DNA of 49,213 bases from Clostridiales bacterium (GTDB lineage: Bacteria > Bacillota > Dehalobacteriia > UBA4068), in contig WRHF01000001.1 in the NCBI GenBank assembly GCA_009783415.1, forward strand, positions 1 to 49,213, read 5' to 3'. Both the position numbers and the translations under genes were made by a program. The notes beneath the pieces were generated by a model. That model did not search any database. It saw nothing but the letters and a program-made list of their open reading frames with translations, and was not told the origin of the DNA. Shown here in pieces: positions 8,753 to 17,905 of the stretch; within the stretch, counting starts at the first letter, position 1, and each line of letters starts with the position of its first letter.

Positions 8753-9115
8753 TTAGAAATCCAGTCCGCCTTCTCTGGCGCCCTCGGCCAAAGCCGCCAC
8801 CCGGCCATGATAAACCAAACCGCCCCGGTCGAAAATAACTTTCTTAACACCTTTAGCTTGAGCTTTTTCCGCCAGCAACAGTCCGGCTTTTTTTGCGGCT
8901 GCTTTATTTCCGCCATATTCCCCTCTTAAAGAAGGATCCAGGGTGGAGGCAGCCGCCAAAGTCACTCTTTGTACATCATCAATAACCTGGGCATAAATAT
9001 GCTTCAGGCTGCGATAGACCGCCAAACGGGGGCAAGCTGCCGTACCGCTGATATTCTTCCGGATACGATAATGCTTCTTAACCCGGATATCTTTTCTCCG
9101 AATAGGCTTATACAT
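8753..9115 (-). CDS. rplR: 50S ribosomal protein L18
   Basis: 120-aa ORF containing [27 protein letters not shown]. Confidence 0.97.
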   Translation of the reverse strand: MYKPIRRKDIRVKKHYRIRKNISGTAACPRLAVYRSLKHIYAQVIDDVQRVTLAAASTLDPSLRGEYGGNKAAAKKAGLLLAEKAQAKGVKKVIFDRGGLVYHGRVAALAEGAREGGLDF

Positions 9116-9174
9116 AATATTACTTCCTTCCTATCATCATTAGGAGGATTATATCCCTCCCTGGAAGTCATAAA

Positions 9175-9267
9175 GAATGGAGAATTGAGAATTGAGAATG
9201 TAATGAAGGTTTTTGCTCCACAAAAACATCAATAATTCTCCATTTCCCATTTTCCATTCTCAATTCC
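9175..9267. repeat. heptamer-arm hairpin element, full copy
   Basis: 5' arm GAATGGA GAATTGA GAATTGA GAATG at 9175-9200. Core hairpin GTTTTTG-ctcca-CAAAAAC at 9209-9227. 3' arm AATTCTCCATTTCCCATTTTCCATTCTCAATTCC at 9235-9267, abutting the rplF stop. Confidence 0.9.
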
Positions 9268-9806
9268 TATTTAGCTCCTGCTTTGCCGGCTTTACGTTTC
9301 AGTATTTCGCCTTCGTATTTAATGCCTTTGCCTTTATAGGGCTCCGGCGGGCGTACTTTTCGGATATTGGCGGCAAAAGCCCCTACTTTCTCCCGGTCGA
9401 TACCGCTGACGGTGATCCGGTTAGGCGCGGGAACTTCAATAGAAAGATCGGGTCCGGGATCCATTTCAACCGGATGGGAATAGCCTACGGTAAGAACTAA
9501 ATTAGAACCGGCTTTAGCGGCACGGTAGCCCACACCCACCAGCTCCAGTTTTTTTTCAAAACCTTTGGAAACACCCACTACCATATTGGAAAGCAGAGCC
9601 CGGGTCAAACCGTGCAAAGAACGCTGCTGGGGTTTATCACTGGAGCGCATGACCCGCAAAACGCCGTCTTCCTCCACAATTTGGATTTCCGGAAAGAATT
9701 CCCGGCTCAAAGCCCCTTTGGGTCCCTTGACATCCACCCGCACACCATCAATAGCCACTTCCACCCCGGCAGGCAAAGTTATAGGCATTCTACCTATACG
9801 AGACAT
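9267..9806 (-). CDS. rplF: 50S ribosomal protein L6
   Basis: ATG 9806 inside ORF 9267-9875 gives [17 protein letters not shown]. The upstream 23 codons of the ORF are read-through of a repeat arm. Confidence 0.95.
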   Translation of the reverse strand: MSRIGRMPITLPAGVEVAIDGVRVDVKGPKGALSREFFPEIQIVEEDGVLRVMRSSDKPQQRSLHGLTRALLSNMVVGVSKGFEKKLELVGVGYRAAKAGSNLVLTVGYSHPVEMDPGPDLSIEVPAPNRITVSGIDREKVGAFAANIRKVRPPEPYKGKGIKYEGEILKRKAGKAGAK

Positions 9807-9823
9807 AGTTACACCTCCTAAAT

Positions 9824-9945
9824 CAGATGTCAGATGCCAGAAGACAGAAGACAGAATATCTATTATTTGCTTCAATAGTTATCGCGGAACGAAAACCTAA
9901 CCTCTTCTGTCTTTAGACTTCTAACTTCTGACTCCCTACTTCTAA
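9824..9945. repeat. heptamer-arm hairpin element, full copy (first of a tandem pair)
   Basis: 5' arm CAGATGT CAGATGC CAGAAGA CAGAAGA CAGAAT at 9824-9857. The core has a degenerate hairpin and ends AAAACCTAACC. 3' arm TCTTCTG TCTTTAG ACTTCTA ACTTCTG ACTCCCT ACTTCTA at 9903-9944. Confidence 0.8.
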
Positions 9946-10060
9946 TTCAGAATCCAAAAGACGGAAGAAGGAGTATTAGGTCTTAGCTTCAACGTTTTGC
10001 GAAGCAAAACCTAACCCGTTCTGTCCTCTGTCCTCTGTCCTCTGACCTCTGTCTTCTGTC
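9946..10060. repeat. heptamer-arm hairpin element (second of a tandem pair)
   Basis: Degenerate 5' arm at 9946-9980. Core hairpin GTTTTGC-gaa-GCAAAAC at 9994-10010, followed by CTAACCC. 3' arm (CTGTCCT)x3 CTGACCT CTGTCTT CTGTC at 10021-10060, abutting the rpsH stop. Confidence 0.8.
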
Positions 10061-10461
10061 TACCAGACATAGCAGAGGACTTCTCCGCCCAAGCCTTGTT
10101 TGCGTGCGCTTTTATCGGTCATTAAGCCGCTGGAGGTGGAAACGATGGCAATGCCCAAGCCACCCAAAACCCGCGGCAATTCATCCTTTTTCGCATAAAC
10201 CCGCAAACCGGGGCGGGAAATCCGTTTCAATCCGGTAACGACCCTTTGTTTCCCGCCTGCCCCATATTTCAGGTACATGCGGATGATCCCCTGTTTGCCG
10301 TCTTCAATATATTCGACATCTTTGATAAAGCCTTCTTCTTTCAGGATATTGGCCAGGCCCATTTTGGTGCGTGAAGCAGGAACCTCCACTTTATCCAGAT
10401 AAACCATATTGGCATTGCGGATCCTGGTCAAGAAATCGGCGATAGGGTCAGTAACAACCAC
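10060..10461 (-). CDS. rpsH: 30S ribosomal protein S8
   Basis: 133-aa ORF with GTG start and GGAAGGAGG upstream; begins [17 protein letters not shown]. Confidence 0.97.
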   Translation of the reverse strand: MVVTDPIADFLTRIRNANMVYLDKVEVPASRTKMGLANILKEEGFIKDVEYIEDGKQGIIRMYLKYGAGGKQRVVTGLKRISRPGLRVYAKKDELPRVLGGLGIAIVSTSSGLMTDKSARKQGLGGEVLCYVW

Positions 10462-10483
10462 TGTAAAAACCTCCTTCCATTAA

Positions 10484-10669
10484 TCACCAACTGGACTTGG
10501 TGATACCGGGTATTTCACCTTTATAAGCCAAATTTCGGAAGCAAATCCGGCAGATCCCGAATTTACGCATATAGGCATGAGGACGGCCGCAAATACTGCA
10601 GCGATTATAGCCCTGCACCCGAAACTTGGGCTTGCGTTTTTGCTTCACCAGCATTGAAGTCTTGGCCAT
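10484..10669 (-). CDS. rpsZ: 30S ribosomal protein S14 type Z (zinc-binding)
   Basis: 61-aa ORF with CSICG...CRIC. Confidence 0.96.
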   Translation of the reverse strand: MAKTSMLVKQKRKPKFRVQGYNRCSICGRPHAYMRKFGICRICFRNLAYKGEIPGITKSSW

Positions 10670-10740
10670 TGGCCTACCTCCTTACTTATAGGTTTCTAGA
10701 CACCTTTTTCCATTTTCCGTGCTGATAAATATTCGCAAGA

Positions 10741-11283
10741 CTATTTATCAGCGAATGGCATTCCCATTAAGTGCAGCAACTCCCGGCATTCTTCGTCGGT
10801 TTTGGCGGTAGTGACAAAAGCCACTTCCAGGCCCCGCAGCCGGTCGATTTTATCGTATTCGATCTCCGGGAAAATCAATTGTTCCTTCAATCCCAGGGTA
10901 TAATTGCCTCTGCCGTCAAAAGCATTAGCAGAAACCCCTTTGAAATCCCGGACCCGGGGGAGAGCGGCGGAGATCAATTTATCTACAAACTCATACATTC
11001 TCTCGCCCCGCAGGGTCACTTTACAGCCAATGGACATCCCCTGACGCAATTTAAAAGCAGCAATAGACTTTTTAGCCTTGGTGATGATGGGCTTTTGTCC
11101 GGTGATGATTTTTATATCATTGACGGCAGCATCCAAAGCTTTGGGGTTTTGGATAGCCTCCCCCAAGCCCATATTGACTACAACCTTGCCGACTTTGGGA
11201 ATTTCCATCACATTGCCATAGCTGAATTTTTCCTGCAGCTTTTGGCGTATTTCCGTATTATAACGTTCCTTTAGCCTTGCCAT
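10741..11283 (-). CDS. rplE: 50S ribosomal protein L5
   Basis: 180-aa ORF beginning [20 protein letters not shown]. Confidence 0.97.
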   Translation of the reverse strand: MARLKERYNTEIRQKLQEKFSYGNVMEIPKVGKVVVNMGLGEAIQNPKALDAAVNDIKIITGQKPIITKAKKSIAAFKLRQGMSIGCKVTLRGERMYEFVDKLISAALPRVRDFKGVSANAFDGRGNYTLGLKEQLIFPEIEYDKIDRLRGLEVAFVTTAKTDEECRELLHLMGMPFADK

Positions 11284-11307
11284 AAAAGTTTCTCCTCCTT
11301 CCCCCGT

Positions 11308-11649
11308 TTATTTATCAAAAAGATCGCCGCAAATAACACATTTGCGTAAACGTTCCCCGCTTATTTGCAGGTCTTTGCCGATCCGCACAGGCCGCCCGCA
11401 ACGGCTGCAATAAATCATAACATTGGAGCAATCAATAGCAGCCTCCTGTTTGACAATGCCCCCTTGGGGCGCCGCCTTGGTGGGGCGGGTATGGCGGCTG
11501 ACGAGATTGACTTTTTCCACAAAAACCCGGCCGGTCTTGGGTTCCACGGAACGGACTTTGCCTTTTCTTCCTTTGTCCTTGCCGGAAATCACCACCACCG
11601 TATCGCCTTTCTTGACGTGGATCTTATGCTTTTTCGCTTGTTCAGCCAT
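11308..11649 (-). CDS. rplX: 50S ribosomal protein L24 (with C-terminal CxxC...CxxC)
   Basis: 113-aa ORF with KOW segment [21 protein letters not shown] and C-terminal CSRCGRPV...CVICG. Confidence 0.96.
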   Translation of the reverse strand: MAEQAKKHKIHVKKGDTVVVISGKDKGRKGKVRSVEPKTGRVFVEKVNLVSRHTRPTKAAPQGGIVKQEAAIDCSNVMIYCSRCGRPVRIGKDLQISGERLRKCVICGDLFDK

Positions 11650-11665
11650 TCTTTCACTTCCTTCC

Positions 11666-12034
11666 CTACAGCACTTCCGGAGCTAAAGAGACTATTTTCA
11701 TAAAATCCCTATCCCGCAATTCCCGGGCTACCGGGCCAAAAATGCGGGTACCGGCAGGCTGCCTGGCGTCATTGATGATGACACCGGAATTTTCATCAAA
11801 ACGGATATAGGAGCCATCCGGACGGCGGATTTCTTTTTTGGTGCGAACGATCACAGCTCTGACCACATCACCCTTTTTCACCACACCGCCGGGGGAGGCT
11901 TCTTTTACTGTACAAACAATAACATCGCCTACTGTGGCATATTTACGGCGGGAACCACCCAAAACCTTAATACAAAGCAGCTCCTTAGCGCCGGTATTAT
12001 CTCCGACTTTTAATCTGGTTTCGGCCTGAATCAT
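11666..12034 (-). CDS. rplN: 50S ribosomal protein L14
   Basis: ATG 12034 inside ORF 11666-12127 (AAAGGAGGG upstream) gives [27 protein letters not shown]. The upstream ORF extension is read-through of a repeat. Confidence 0.96.
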   Translation of the reverse strand: MIQAETRLKVGDNTGAKELLCIKVLGGSRRKYATVGDVIVCTVKEASPGGVVKKGDVVRAVIVRTKKEIRRPDGSYIRFDENSGVIINDARQPAGTRIFGPVARELRDRDFMKIVSLAPEVL

Positions 12035-12056
12035 AACAAGCCCTCCTTTGCTTCGC

Positions 12057-12130
12057 GAATTGAGAATTGAGAATTGAGAATTGAGAATTGAAAAGAACAT
12101 TCTCAATTCTCCATTATCCATTCTCAATTC
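12057..12130. repeat. heptamer-arm hairpin element, full copy with minimal loop
   Basis: (GAATTGA)x5 at 12057-12091, loop AAAGAAC, then 3' arm ATTCTCAATTCTCCATTATCCATTCTCAATTC at 12099-12130. rpsQ-rplN spacer. Confidence 0.92.
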
Positions 12131-12134
12131 AATA

Positions 12135-12401
12135 TTAGAGTGCCCGCTCTAATATTGTTTCTACTCTCCAGCGCTTGTCTTTGGAGAGGGGGCGGGTTTC
12201 CATTATTTGGACTTTATCCCCTATTTTGGCGCTGTTTTCTTCGTCATGGGCTTTGAATTTTTTGGTGGAACGGGTGATTTTACCATAAAGAGGATGGCGT
12301 ACCCGGGATTCAACCTTTACCACCACGGTTTTATCCATTTTATCGCTGACCACGATCCCGATCCGGGTCTTACGCGAATTTCTCTTGATAATATCTTCCA
12401 T
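12135..12401 (-). CDS. rpsQ: 30S ribosomal protein S17
   Basis: ORF 12135-12413. ATG 12401 is preferred (GGAGG 5 nt upstream), giving [28 protein letters not shown]. Confidence 0.94.
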   Translation of the reverse strand: MEDIIKRNSRKTRIGIVVSDKMDKTVVVKVESRVRHPLYGKITRSTKKFKAHDEENSAKIGDKVQIMETRPLSKDKRWRVETILERAL

Positions 12402-12413
12402 ATTTTCCTCCAA

Positions 12414-12611
12414 TTAACTGCTCTTTAGTTGGTTTTCTCGGATGATTGTTTTTACCCGGGCCAGATCTTTTTTCAGCAAATTAATCTGCAAGGGATTTTC
12501 CAGCTGACCGGTAGCCGAACGAAAACGAAGATTAAAAAGCTCGGCTTTTAAGTCTGCCTCTTTTCTCAGTAATTCGTCCGGAGAAAGATCGCGCAGTTTA
12601 TCAGCTTTCAT
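12414..12611 (-). CDS. rpmC: 50S ribosomal protein L29
   Basis: ORF 12414-12623. ATG 12611 gives [30 protein letters not shown]. It overlaps the rplP 3' end by 11 nt. Confidence 0.94.
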   Translation of the reverse strand: MKADKLRDLSPDELLRKEADLKAELFNLRFRSATGQLENPLQINLLKKDLARVKTIIRENQLKSS

Positions 12612-13035
12612 TGGCTTCACCACCTACATCCTCCCGCCTGATAAAGCGGGTTTTTATGGGCAGCTTATGCTGCGCCAGGCGGATAGCCTCCTTGGCCAGC
12701 TCTTCAGAAACGCCGGCGATTTCAAACATCACCCGGCCCGGTTTCACTACAGCCACCCAATATTCCGGGGAACCTTTACCGCTACCCATCCTGGTTTCCG
12801 CCGGCTTTTCTGTCACCGGCTTGTGGGGGAAGATTTTGATCCAAACTTGGCCGCCCCGCTTAATATAGCGGGTCATTGCAATACGGGAAGCCTCGATTTG
12901 GCGGCTGGTGATCCAGCCGCATTCCAGGGCCTGCATCCCAAACTCTCCATAGGAAATGGTGTTGCCTCTTTGGGCTGTTCCTCTCATCTTGCCGCGGTGC
13001 TGGCGGCGGAATTTAACTCTTTTCGGCAATAACAT
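12601..13035 (-). CDS. rplP: 50S ribosomal protein L16
   Basis: ATG 13035 inside ORF 12601-13278 gives [25 protein letters not shown], 144 aa. Confidence 0.96.
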   Translation of the reverse strand: MLLPKRVKFRRQHRGKMRGTAQRGNTISYGEFGMQALECGWITSRQIEASRIAMTRYIKRGGQVWIKIFPHKPVTEKPAETRMGSGKGSPEYWVAVVKPGRVMFEIAGVSEELAKEAIRLAQHKLPIKTRFIRREDVGGEANES

Positions 13036-13036
13036 T

Positions 13037-13711
13037 CTATTTGCCCCCCTCCCCGGCATTGAATTCTGTCGTTTTAGCTTTTGGGGGCAAAATTTCCCCT
13101 TTATAAATCCAAACCTTGACCCCGATTTTGCCATAGGCGGTGTTGGCCTCGGCAAAACCATAATCAATATCCGCCCGTAGGGTGTGCAGAGGCACTTTGC
13201 CCTCGGCATAACGCTCGGTACGGGCAATTTCCGCTCCGGCCAAACGTCCGGAACACATGATTTTGATGCCTTCCGCACCCATACGAATAGTGCGTTGCAT
13301 AGTTTGTTTCATAGCCCGGCGAAAAGCGATCCGCTTTTCCAGGCTGGCGGCTACATTTTCAGCAACCAATTGAGCATCTACTTCCGGCCGCTTGATTTCG
13401 GTAATATTGATATTTACCTTTTTCCCGGTCATTTTTTCCAGATCCCGGCGCAAAGCTTCGATCTCCTGACCGTTGCGGCCGATAACCAGGCCCGGTTTGG
13501 CGGTATGAATATTCAGTTTCAGCCTTTGGGCAGCTCTTTCTATTTCGATCCGGGATATACCGGTGGCAAAAAGCCGCTTTTTTACATATTTGCGGACCTC
13601 ATAGTCCTCATAAAGCAGATCTTTAAATTCTTTTTTCCCGGCATACCAGCGGGTATCCCAGTCCTTGATAACTCCGATACGGAACCCCTTAGGGTTTACC
13701 TTCTGACCCAT
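13037..13711 (-). CDS. rpsC: 30S ribosomal protein S3
   Basis: 224-aa ORF beginning [24 protein letters not shown]. Confidence 0.97.
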   Translation of the reverse strand: MGQKVNPKGFRIGVIKDWDTRWYAGKKEFKDLLYEDYEVRKYVKKRLFATGISRIEIERAAQRLKLNIHTAKPGLVIGRNGQEIEALRRDLEKMTGKKVNINITEIKRPEVDAQLVAENVAASLEKRIAFRRAMKQTMQRTIRMGAEGIKIMCSGRLAGAEIARTERYAEGKVPLHTLRADIDYGFAEANTAYGKIGVKVWIYKGEILPPKAKTTEFNAGEGGK

Positions 13712-13715
13712 GGGC

Positions 13716-14057
13716 CTAGACCTCCTCCCTCTCCCCTACGGCCACAGTAATATGGCTCATGCGGTGCAACATTCTATCAGCCCGGCCCATAGCCCGCGGT
13801 TTAAACCTTTTCAGGCTGGGGCCTTGATCGACATAAGCTTGGGTGACGATTAAATCCTCCCGGCTCAGGTTCAGATTGTGTTCCGCATTGGCCGTAGCTG
13901 AGCGCAAAACCTTGATTGTAAATTCCGCTGCTTTGTTGGGGGTAAAGCGAAGAATGGCTTCGGCTTCATCCACTTTTTTGCCCCGGATCAAGTCAATGAC
14001 CAAACGGGCTTTTCGCGGGGAAATGCGCATATATTTGGCGACAGCTCTTGCTTCCAA
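13716..14057 (-). CDS. rplV: 50S ribosomal protein L22
   Basis: 113-aa ORF with TTG start and GGGAGGAAA upstream; begins [26 protein letters not shown]. Confidence 0.96.
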   Translation of the reverse strand: MEARAVAKYMRISPRKARLVIDLIRGKKVDEAEAILRFTPNKAAEFTIKVLRSATANAEHNLNLSREDLIVTQAYVDQGPSLKRFKPRAMGRADRMLHRMSHITVAVGEREEV

Positions 14058-14092
14058 AATTATTTCCTCCCTTCGGCCGCGCCTTCGGCGCG

Positions 14093-14217
14093 GAGGTTTG
14101 AGTGTTGAATTTTGAGTTTTGAGTTTTGGAAAGCCTTGCTTCGCAAAGCCTGTTAACTAAAGCGTTTCGCATAGCGAAACTTCAAAAACTCAAAACTCAG
14201 CACTCAAAGCTCAAAAC
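14093..14217. repeat. heptamer-arm hairpin element, full copy
   Basis: 5' arm GAGGTTT GAGTGTT GAATTTT GAGTTTT GAGTTTT at 14093-14127. Core hairpins GCCTTGC-ttc-GCAAAGC at 14133-14149 and GTTTCGC-ata-GCGAAAC at 14164-14180. 3' arm TTCAAAAACTCAAAACTCAGCACTCAAAGCTCAAAAC at 14181-14217. Confidence 0.9.
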
Positions 14218-14222
14218 TTTAC

Positions 14223-14507
14223 CTACCTTGCTCCGCTGGAGCGTTCGGCTTTGGATCCGTGCCCTCTAAAGAAACGGGTTACGGCAAATTCCCCTAGCTT
14301 ATGGCCAACCATATCCTCGGTTACATAAACCGGGACATGTTTGCGCCCATCGTGGACGGCAATAGTATGGCCCACCATTTGCGGAAAAATCGTGGAACGG
14401 CGGGACCAGGTTTTCAAGACTTTTTTGTCGCCGCTATCGTTCATTTTTTCAATCCGCTCCAAAAGCCTTTCCTGGCAATAAGGACCTTTTTTTAGCGATC
14501 TCGTCAT
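14223..14507 (-). CDS. rpsS: 30S ribosomal protein S19
   Basis: 94-aa ORF containing [10 protein letters not shown]...[24 protein letters not shown]. Confidence 0.97.
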   Translation of the reverse strand: MTRSLKKGPYCQERLLERIEKMNDSGDKKVLKTWSRRSTIFPQMVGHTIAVHDGRKHVPVYVTEDMVGHKLGEFAVTRFFRGHGSKAERSSGAR

Positions 14508-14530
14508 AAGACTTAACCTCCGTTACAAAA

Positions 14531-14626
14531 GAATTGAGAATTGAGAATTGATAATGGAGAATGATTGTAGTTTTTGCTTTGCAAAAACATCTATAATTCT
14601 CAATTCTCCATTCTCCATTCTCCATT
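14531..14626. repeat. heptamer-arm hairpin element, full copy
   Basis: 5' arm (GAATTGA)x3 TAATGGA GAATG at 14531-14563. Core hairpin GTTTTTGC-ttt-GCAAAAAC at 14570-14588. 3' arm AATTCTCAATTCTCCATTCTCCATTCTCCATT at 14595-14626. Confidence 0.9.
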
Positions 14627-14632
14627 GCAACT

Positions 14633-15463
14633 TTATTTGTTCGTTCTGTGTTTGATGATCATCCTGTTGGATTGTTTGTTGCGCTTACGGGTTTTGGCGC
14701 CCAGGGCCGGTTTTCCCCAAGGTGTGACCGGATTGCGGCCTACCGGGCTGCGGCCTTCACCGCCTCCGTGGGGGTGATCTACCGGGTTCATAACCACGCC
14801 GCGGTTAGTGGGCCGGATCCCTTTCCAGCGGTTGCGGCCGGCTTTGCCGATAGTGATATTGCCTTGATCTGCATTGCCCACCTGCCCTATCGTAGCCCGG
14901 CAGTTGACCAACACCATCCGCATTTCTCCGGAGGGCATCCGCAGGGTGGCATATTTGCCTTCCTTGGCCATCAGTTGAATCGTGCTTCCGGCTGAGCGGC
15001 CCATTTTGGCGCCCCGGCCCGGCAGCATTTCCACATTATGAACCACGGTGCCCACAGGAATGGAAGCTAAGGGCAAGGCATTACCCGGACGGATATCCAC
15101 CTCCCGGCCGGAAACCAGCACATCGCCTACGGATATACCCTGAGGGGCAATGATATAACGTTTTTCCCCATCGGCATAGTTGAGCAGAGCAATATTGGCG
15201 GTACGATTGGGATCGTATTCGATAGTTGCTACCTTAGCCGGGATATTATCCTTATCCCGTTTAAAGTCGATCACCCGAAAGCGCCGCTTATGACCGCCGC
15301 CTTGATGGCGCATGGTCAGACGGCCTTGATTATTGCGGCCGGAATTCTTTTTCAAGGGCTCCAAGAGAGATTTTTCCGGGACAGAAGTGGTAATTTCCTC
15401 AAAAGTGGAAACAGTCATATCACGGCGCCCGGGGGAAGTAGGCTTATATTTTTTAATACCCAA
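14633..15463 (-). CDS. rplB: 50S ribosomal protein L2
   Basis: 276-aa ORF with TTG start; contains [14 protein letters not shown]...[14 protein letters not shown]. Confidence 0.97.
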   Translation of the reverse strand: MGIKKYKPTSPGRRDMTVSTFEEITTSVPEKSLLEPLKKNSGRNNQGRLTMRHQGGGHKRRFRVIDFKRDKDNIPAKVATIEYDPNRTANIALLNYADGEKRYIIAPQGISVGDVLVSGREVDIRPGNALPLASIPVGTVVHNVEMLPGRGAKMGRSAGSTIQLMAKEGKYATLRMPSGEMRMVLVNCRATIGQVGNADQGNITIGKAGRNRWKGIRPTNRGVVMNPVDHPHGGGEGRSPVGRNPVTPWGKPALGAKTRKRNKQSNRMIIKHRTNK

Positions 15464-15518
15464 TTGAACTATTCCTCCTTACGCTTAGGCTCATAGTACC
15501 ATATTCAGCTTTAATACT

Positions 15519-15570
15519 GCTTTGCCTAAGCAAAGCTACAAGATCTGGCCTCTGTCATCTGGCCTCTGTT
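15519..15570. repeat. heptamer-arm element, half copy (core + 3' arm)
   Basis: Core hairpin GCTTTGC-ctaa-GCAAAGC at 15519-15536. Arm TCTGGCC TCTGTCA TCTGGCC TCTGTTT at 15543-15570, ending at the rplW stop. Confidence 0.75.
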
Positions 15571-15860
15571 TAAGTTAATCCTTCAAATACTTCAATTTTG
15601 TCCCCAGGTTTCAGGGTGACAATAGCTCTTTTGGTCGATGGGCGAAAACCCTGATAGCGGCCCATTCTTCTTAGCTTGCCTTTGATATTGCGGGTGGTTA
15701 CATTCAGCACCGTAACTCTAAACAGAGTTTCCACCGCATATTTGACTTCGATTTTATTAGCATTCCGGTCCACAAAGAAAGAATATTTATTTTCTGCCAT
15801 CAGGCCCATCGACTTTTCGGAAATCATGGGCTTGATCAGGACATCATGGGGATCACGCAT
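15570..15860 (-). CDS. rplW: 50S ribosomal protein L23
   Basis: 96-aa ORF that overlaps the rplD stop by 8 nt. Confidence 0.96.
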   Translation of the reverse strand: MRDPHDVLIKPMISEKSMGLMAENKYSFFVDRNANKIEVKYAVETLFRVTVLNVTTRNIKGKLRRMGRYQGFRPSTKRAIVTLKPGDKIEVFEGLT

Positions 15861-16479
15861 TTACCAGCACCCCTTCCAGCAGTTCTAAAGCTTCTTTAGT
15901 AATAACTAATTTCTCGTGGCGAAGTACACTATAGGTGTTAAGACCATTATAGGAGAGGACCCCCACCTTGGGCAGGTTGCGGGCGGAAAGAAGCGCATTA
16001 TCATCTTCCGGTCCCAGGACAACCAAGGCATTATTGGCAGAAAGATTGCTGAGGGTTTGAGCCATTTCCCTGGTTTTAGGAGCGGAAAAATCCAGCTCAT
16101 CTACCACGACAATTTTATTTTCCTTATTTTTAAGTGAGAGGGCGGACAACAGAGCCAGCCGGCGCATTTTTTTCGGTATAGCCACCGCATGAGAGCGCAC
16201 CTGAGGACCAAAGGCCACGCCGCCCCCGCGCCAAACCGGGTTACGGCTGGAACCTACTCTGGCCCGGCCGGTGCCTTTTTGCCGCCAGGGCTTTTTGCCG
16301 CCGCCTCTTACCTCGGCCCGGGTCTTAACAGAATGGGTGCCGGCCCGGCGGGCTGCCAAATAAGTGACAACTGCCTGGTGCATCAAGGGTTCATTGACCT
16401 GACGGCCAAAAACGGCATCGCTTAATTCAACCTGGCCTATGGTCTGCCCGCTTCTATCATAAATATCAATCTCGGTCAT
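15853..16479 (-). CDS. rplD: 50S ribosomal protein L4
   Basis: 208-aa ORF containing [30 protein letters not shown]. Confidence 0.97.
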   Translation of the reverse strand: MTEIDIYDRSGQTIGQVELSDAVFGRQVNEPLMHQAVVTYLAARRAGTHSVKTRAEVRGGGKKPWRQKGTGRARVGSSRNPVWRGGGVAFGPQVRSHAVAIPKKMRRLALLSALSLKNKENKIVVVDELDFSAPKTREMAQTLSNLSANNALVVLGPEDDNALLSARNLPKVGVLSYNGLNTYSVLRHEKLVITKEALELLEGVLVNA

Positions 16480-16517
16480 GTTTCACCAATCCTTCCTGTT
16501 CAGAAGTCGGATGTTTT

Positions 16518-17144
16518 TTATTTTTTAATACTGGCTTTGATGAAAAGCAAACCTTGCTTGGGGCCGGGAACAGCGCCTCGCACCAAGAGCAGGTTGCGTT
16601 CCCCGTCAATTTTAACGACTTGCAGGTTTTGCACCGTAACCCTTTCTCCGCCCATATGCCCGGGGGCATGCTTGCCTTTAAAAACCCGGGCCGGTCCTTT
16701 AGCCCCGGCGGAAGCAGGGCGGCGATGGCTTTTAGAACCATGGCTCATGGGACCGCGGTGGTCATTCCAGCGTTTGATGGTCCCGGCAAAGCCTTTGCCT
16801 TTGGAAATTCCGGAAATATCCACTTTATCCCCTGGGGCAAAGAGATCTGCTTTCAGTTCCTGGCCTATTTGATAATCAGCTGTCGATTCCACCCGGATTT
16901 CCCGCAAAAAGCGGCGGGGCAGCAAGCCATTTTTCTTAAAATGCCCTGATTGGGGCTTGTTGAGAGCAACCGGCCGCACATCACCGAAGCCGATTTGAAT
17001 TGCTTCATAACCATCATTATCTATGGTTTTGATTTGAGATATCAGGCAAGGTCCTGCCTCAATAACAGTAACCGGAACAATCTTGCCTTCCTCATTGAAA
17101 ATCTGGGTCATACCCAGTTTTTTCCCAAGTATCGCCTTTGCCAT
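16518..17144 (-). CDS. rplC: 50S ribosomal protein L3
   Basis: ORF 16518-17153. ATG 17144 gives [21 protein letters not shown]. Confidence 0.96.
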   Translation of the reverse strand: MAKAILGKKLGMTQIFNEEGKIVPVTVIEAGPCLISQIKTIDNDGYEAIQIGFGDVRPVALNKPQSGHFKKNGLLPRRFLREIRVESTADYQIGQELKADLFAPGDKVDISGISKGKGFAGTIKRWNDHRGPMSHGSKSHRRPASAGAKGPARVFKGKHAPGHMGGERVTVQNLQVVKIDGERNLLLVRGAVPGPKQGLLFIKASIKK

Positions 17145-17234
17145 AAACGGCACCCCCGTTTTTCTCTCGAGTTACCTTGGCGTCGGTATTGCTCGATTTT
17201 GCTTTCTTCACGCCTTCCGGCTGAGCCGAAGGCA

Positions 17235-17306
17235 GTGAATAATGAATAGTGAATAATGAATAGTTGCGGAGGAAACGCTCCGCGTTTCTTTTATTTAAAT
17301 TAAAAA
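17235..17306. repeat. heptamer-arm element, half copy (arm + core)
   Basis: Arm GTGAATA ATGAATA GTGAATA ATGAATA at 17235-17262. Core hairpin GAAACGC-tcc-GCGTTTC at 17272-17288, then TTTTATTTAAATTAAAAA. Confidence 0.8.
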
Positions 17307-17328
17307 CATCTGGTTTTTGAGGTTGGGT

Positions 17329-17423
17329 GTCAGAGTTTGAAATTTCAGAATGGTTGGTTTTATATATTTTCGCGGGGCGAAAATATATAAAATTCTGACT
17401 TCTGAATTCTGACTTCTGAATTC
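17329..17423. repeat. heptamer-arm hairpin element, full copy
   Basis: 5' arm GTCAGAGTTTGAAATTTCAGAATG at 17329-17352. Perfect 16-bp core hairpin TTTTATATATTTTCGC-ggg-GCGAAAATATATAAAA at 17358-17392. 3' arm TTCTGAC TTCTGAA TTCTGAC TTCTGAA TTC at 17393-17423. Confidence 0.88.
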
Positions 17424-17731
17424 TACAGCTTGATTTCGATGTCGACGCCTGCGGGGAGATCCAGCCTCATCATGGCGTCCATGGTTTTGGCAGTAGGATC
17501 CAGAATATCAATGAGACGCTTGTGGGTCCTCATTTCAAATTGCTCTCTGGAATCCTTGTTAACATGGGGGGAACGCAATATAGTATAGATATTTTTTTCC
17601 GTGGGCAGCGGAATAGGGCCGCTGACACCTGCCCCCGTACGTTTGGCAGTTTCCGCAATTTTTACCGCAGACAGATCCAATAGTTTATGATCAAAAGCCT
17701 TGAGCCGGATCCTGATTCTTTGTTTTCCCAT
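17423..17731 (-). CDS. rpsJ: 30S ribosomal protein S10
   Basis: 102-aa ORF beginning [19 protein letters not shown]. Confidence 0.97.
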   Translation of the reverse strand: MGKQRIRIRLKAFDHKLLDLSAVKIAETAKRTGAGVSGPIPLPTEKNIYTILRSPHVNKDSREQFEMRTHKRLIDILDPTAKTMDAMMRLDLPAGVDIEIKL

Positions 17732-17841
17732 TGGGTATTCCTCCTAATTCGCCTGTATTATTGACAGACATTCTCCACGGGAATTACCTCCAACCGGAGC
17801 AACCTCCCGCTTCATCGCATCTGTGCTCTCGCCTTGCGAGA

Positions 17842-17901
17842 GAATGAGGAATTAGGAATGAGGAATTTTCAACTTCTAATTCCTAACTCCTAATTCCTAA
17901 C
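17842..17901. repeat. heptamer-arm hairpin element, full copy with minimal loop
   Basis: GAATGAG GAATTAG GAATGAG GAATTTT at 17842-17869, loop CAAC, then TTCTAAT TCCTAAC TCCTAAT TCCTAAC at 17874-17901. tuf-rpsJ spacer. Confidence 0.88.
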
Positions 17902-17905
17902 TGCT

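Noticed and set aside
12035-12127. N-terminal extensions of ORF-track entries for rplN, rplF (9807-9875), fusA (21429-21560), rpsG (22051-22152), rpmD (8220-8285), rplP, rpmJ and infA.
   Set aside because: The extensions translate heptamer arms or neighbouring genes (for example [13 protein letters not shown]). The canonical N-termini start at internal ATG/TTG codons with good SD spacing.
12057-12130. The possibility that the tandem short repeats are CRISPR arrays.
   Set aside because: The units are 7 nt with no spacers. The arrays are 20-55 nt long and occur as inverted pairs. There are no cas genes in the window.
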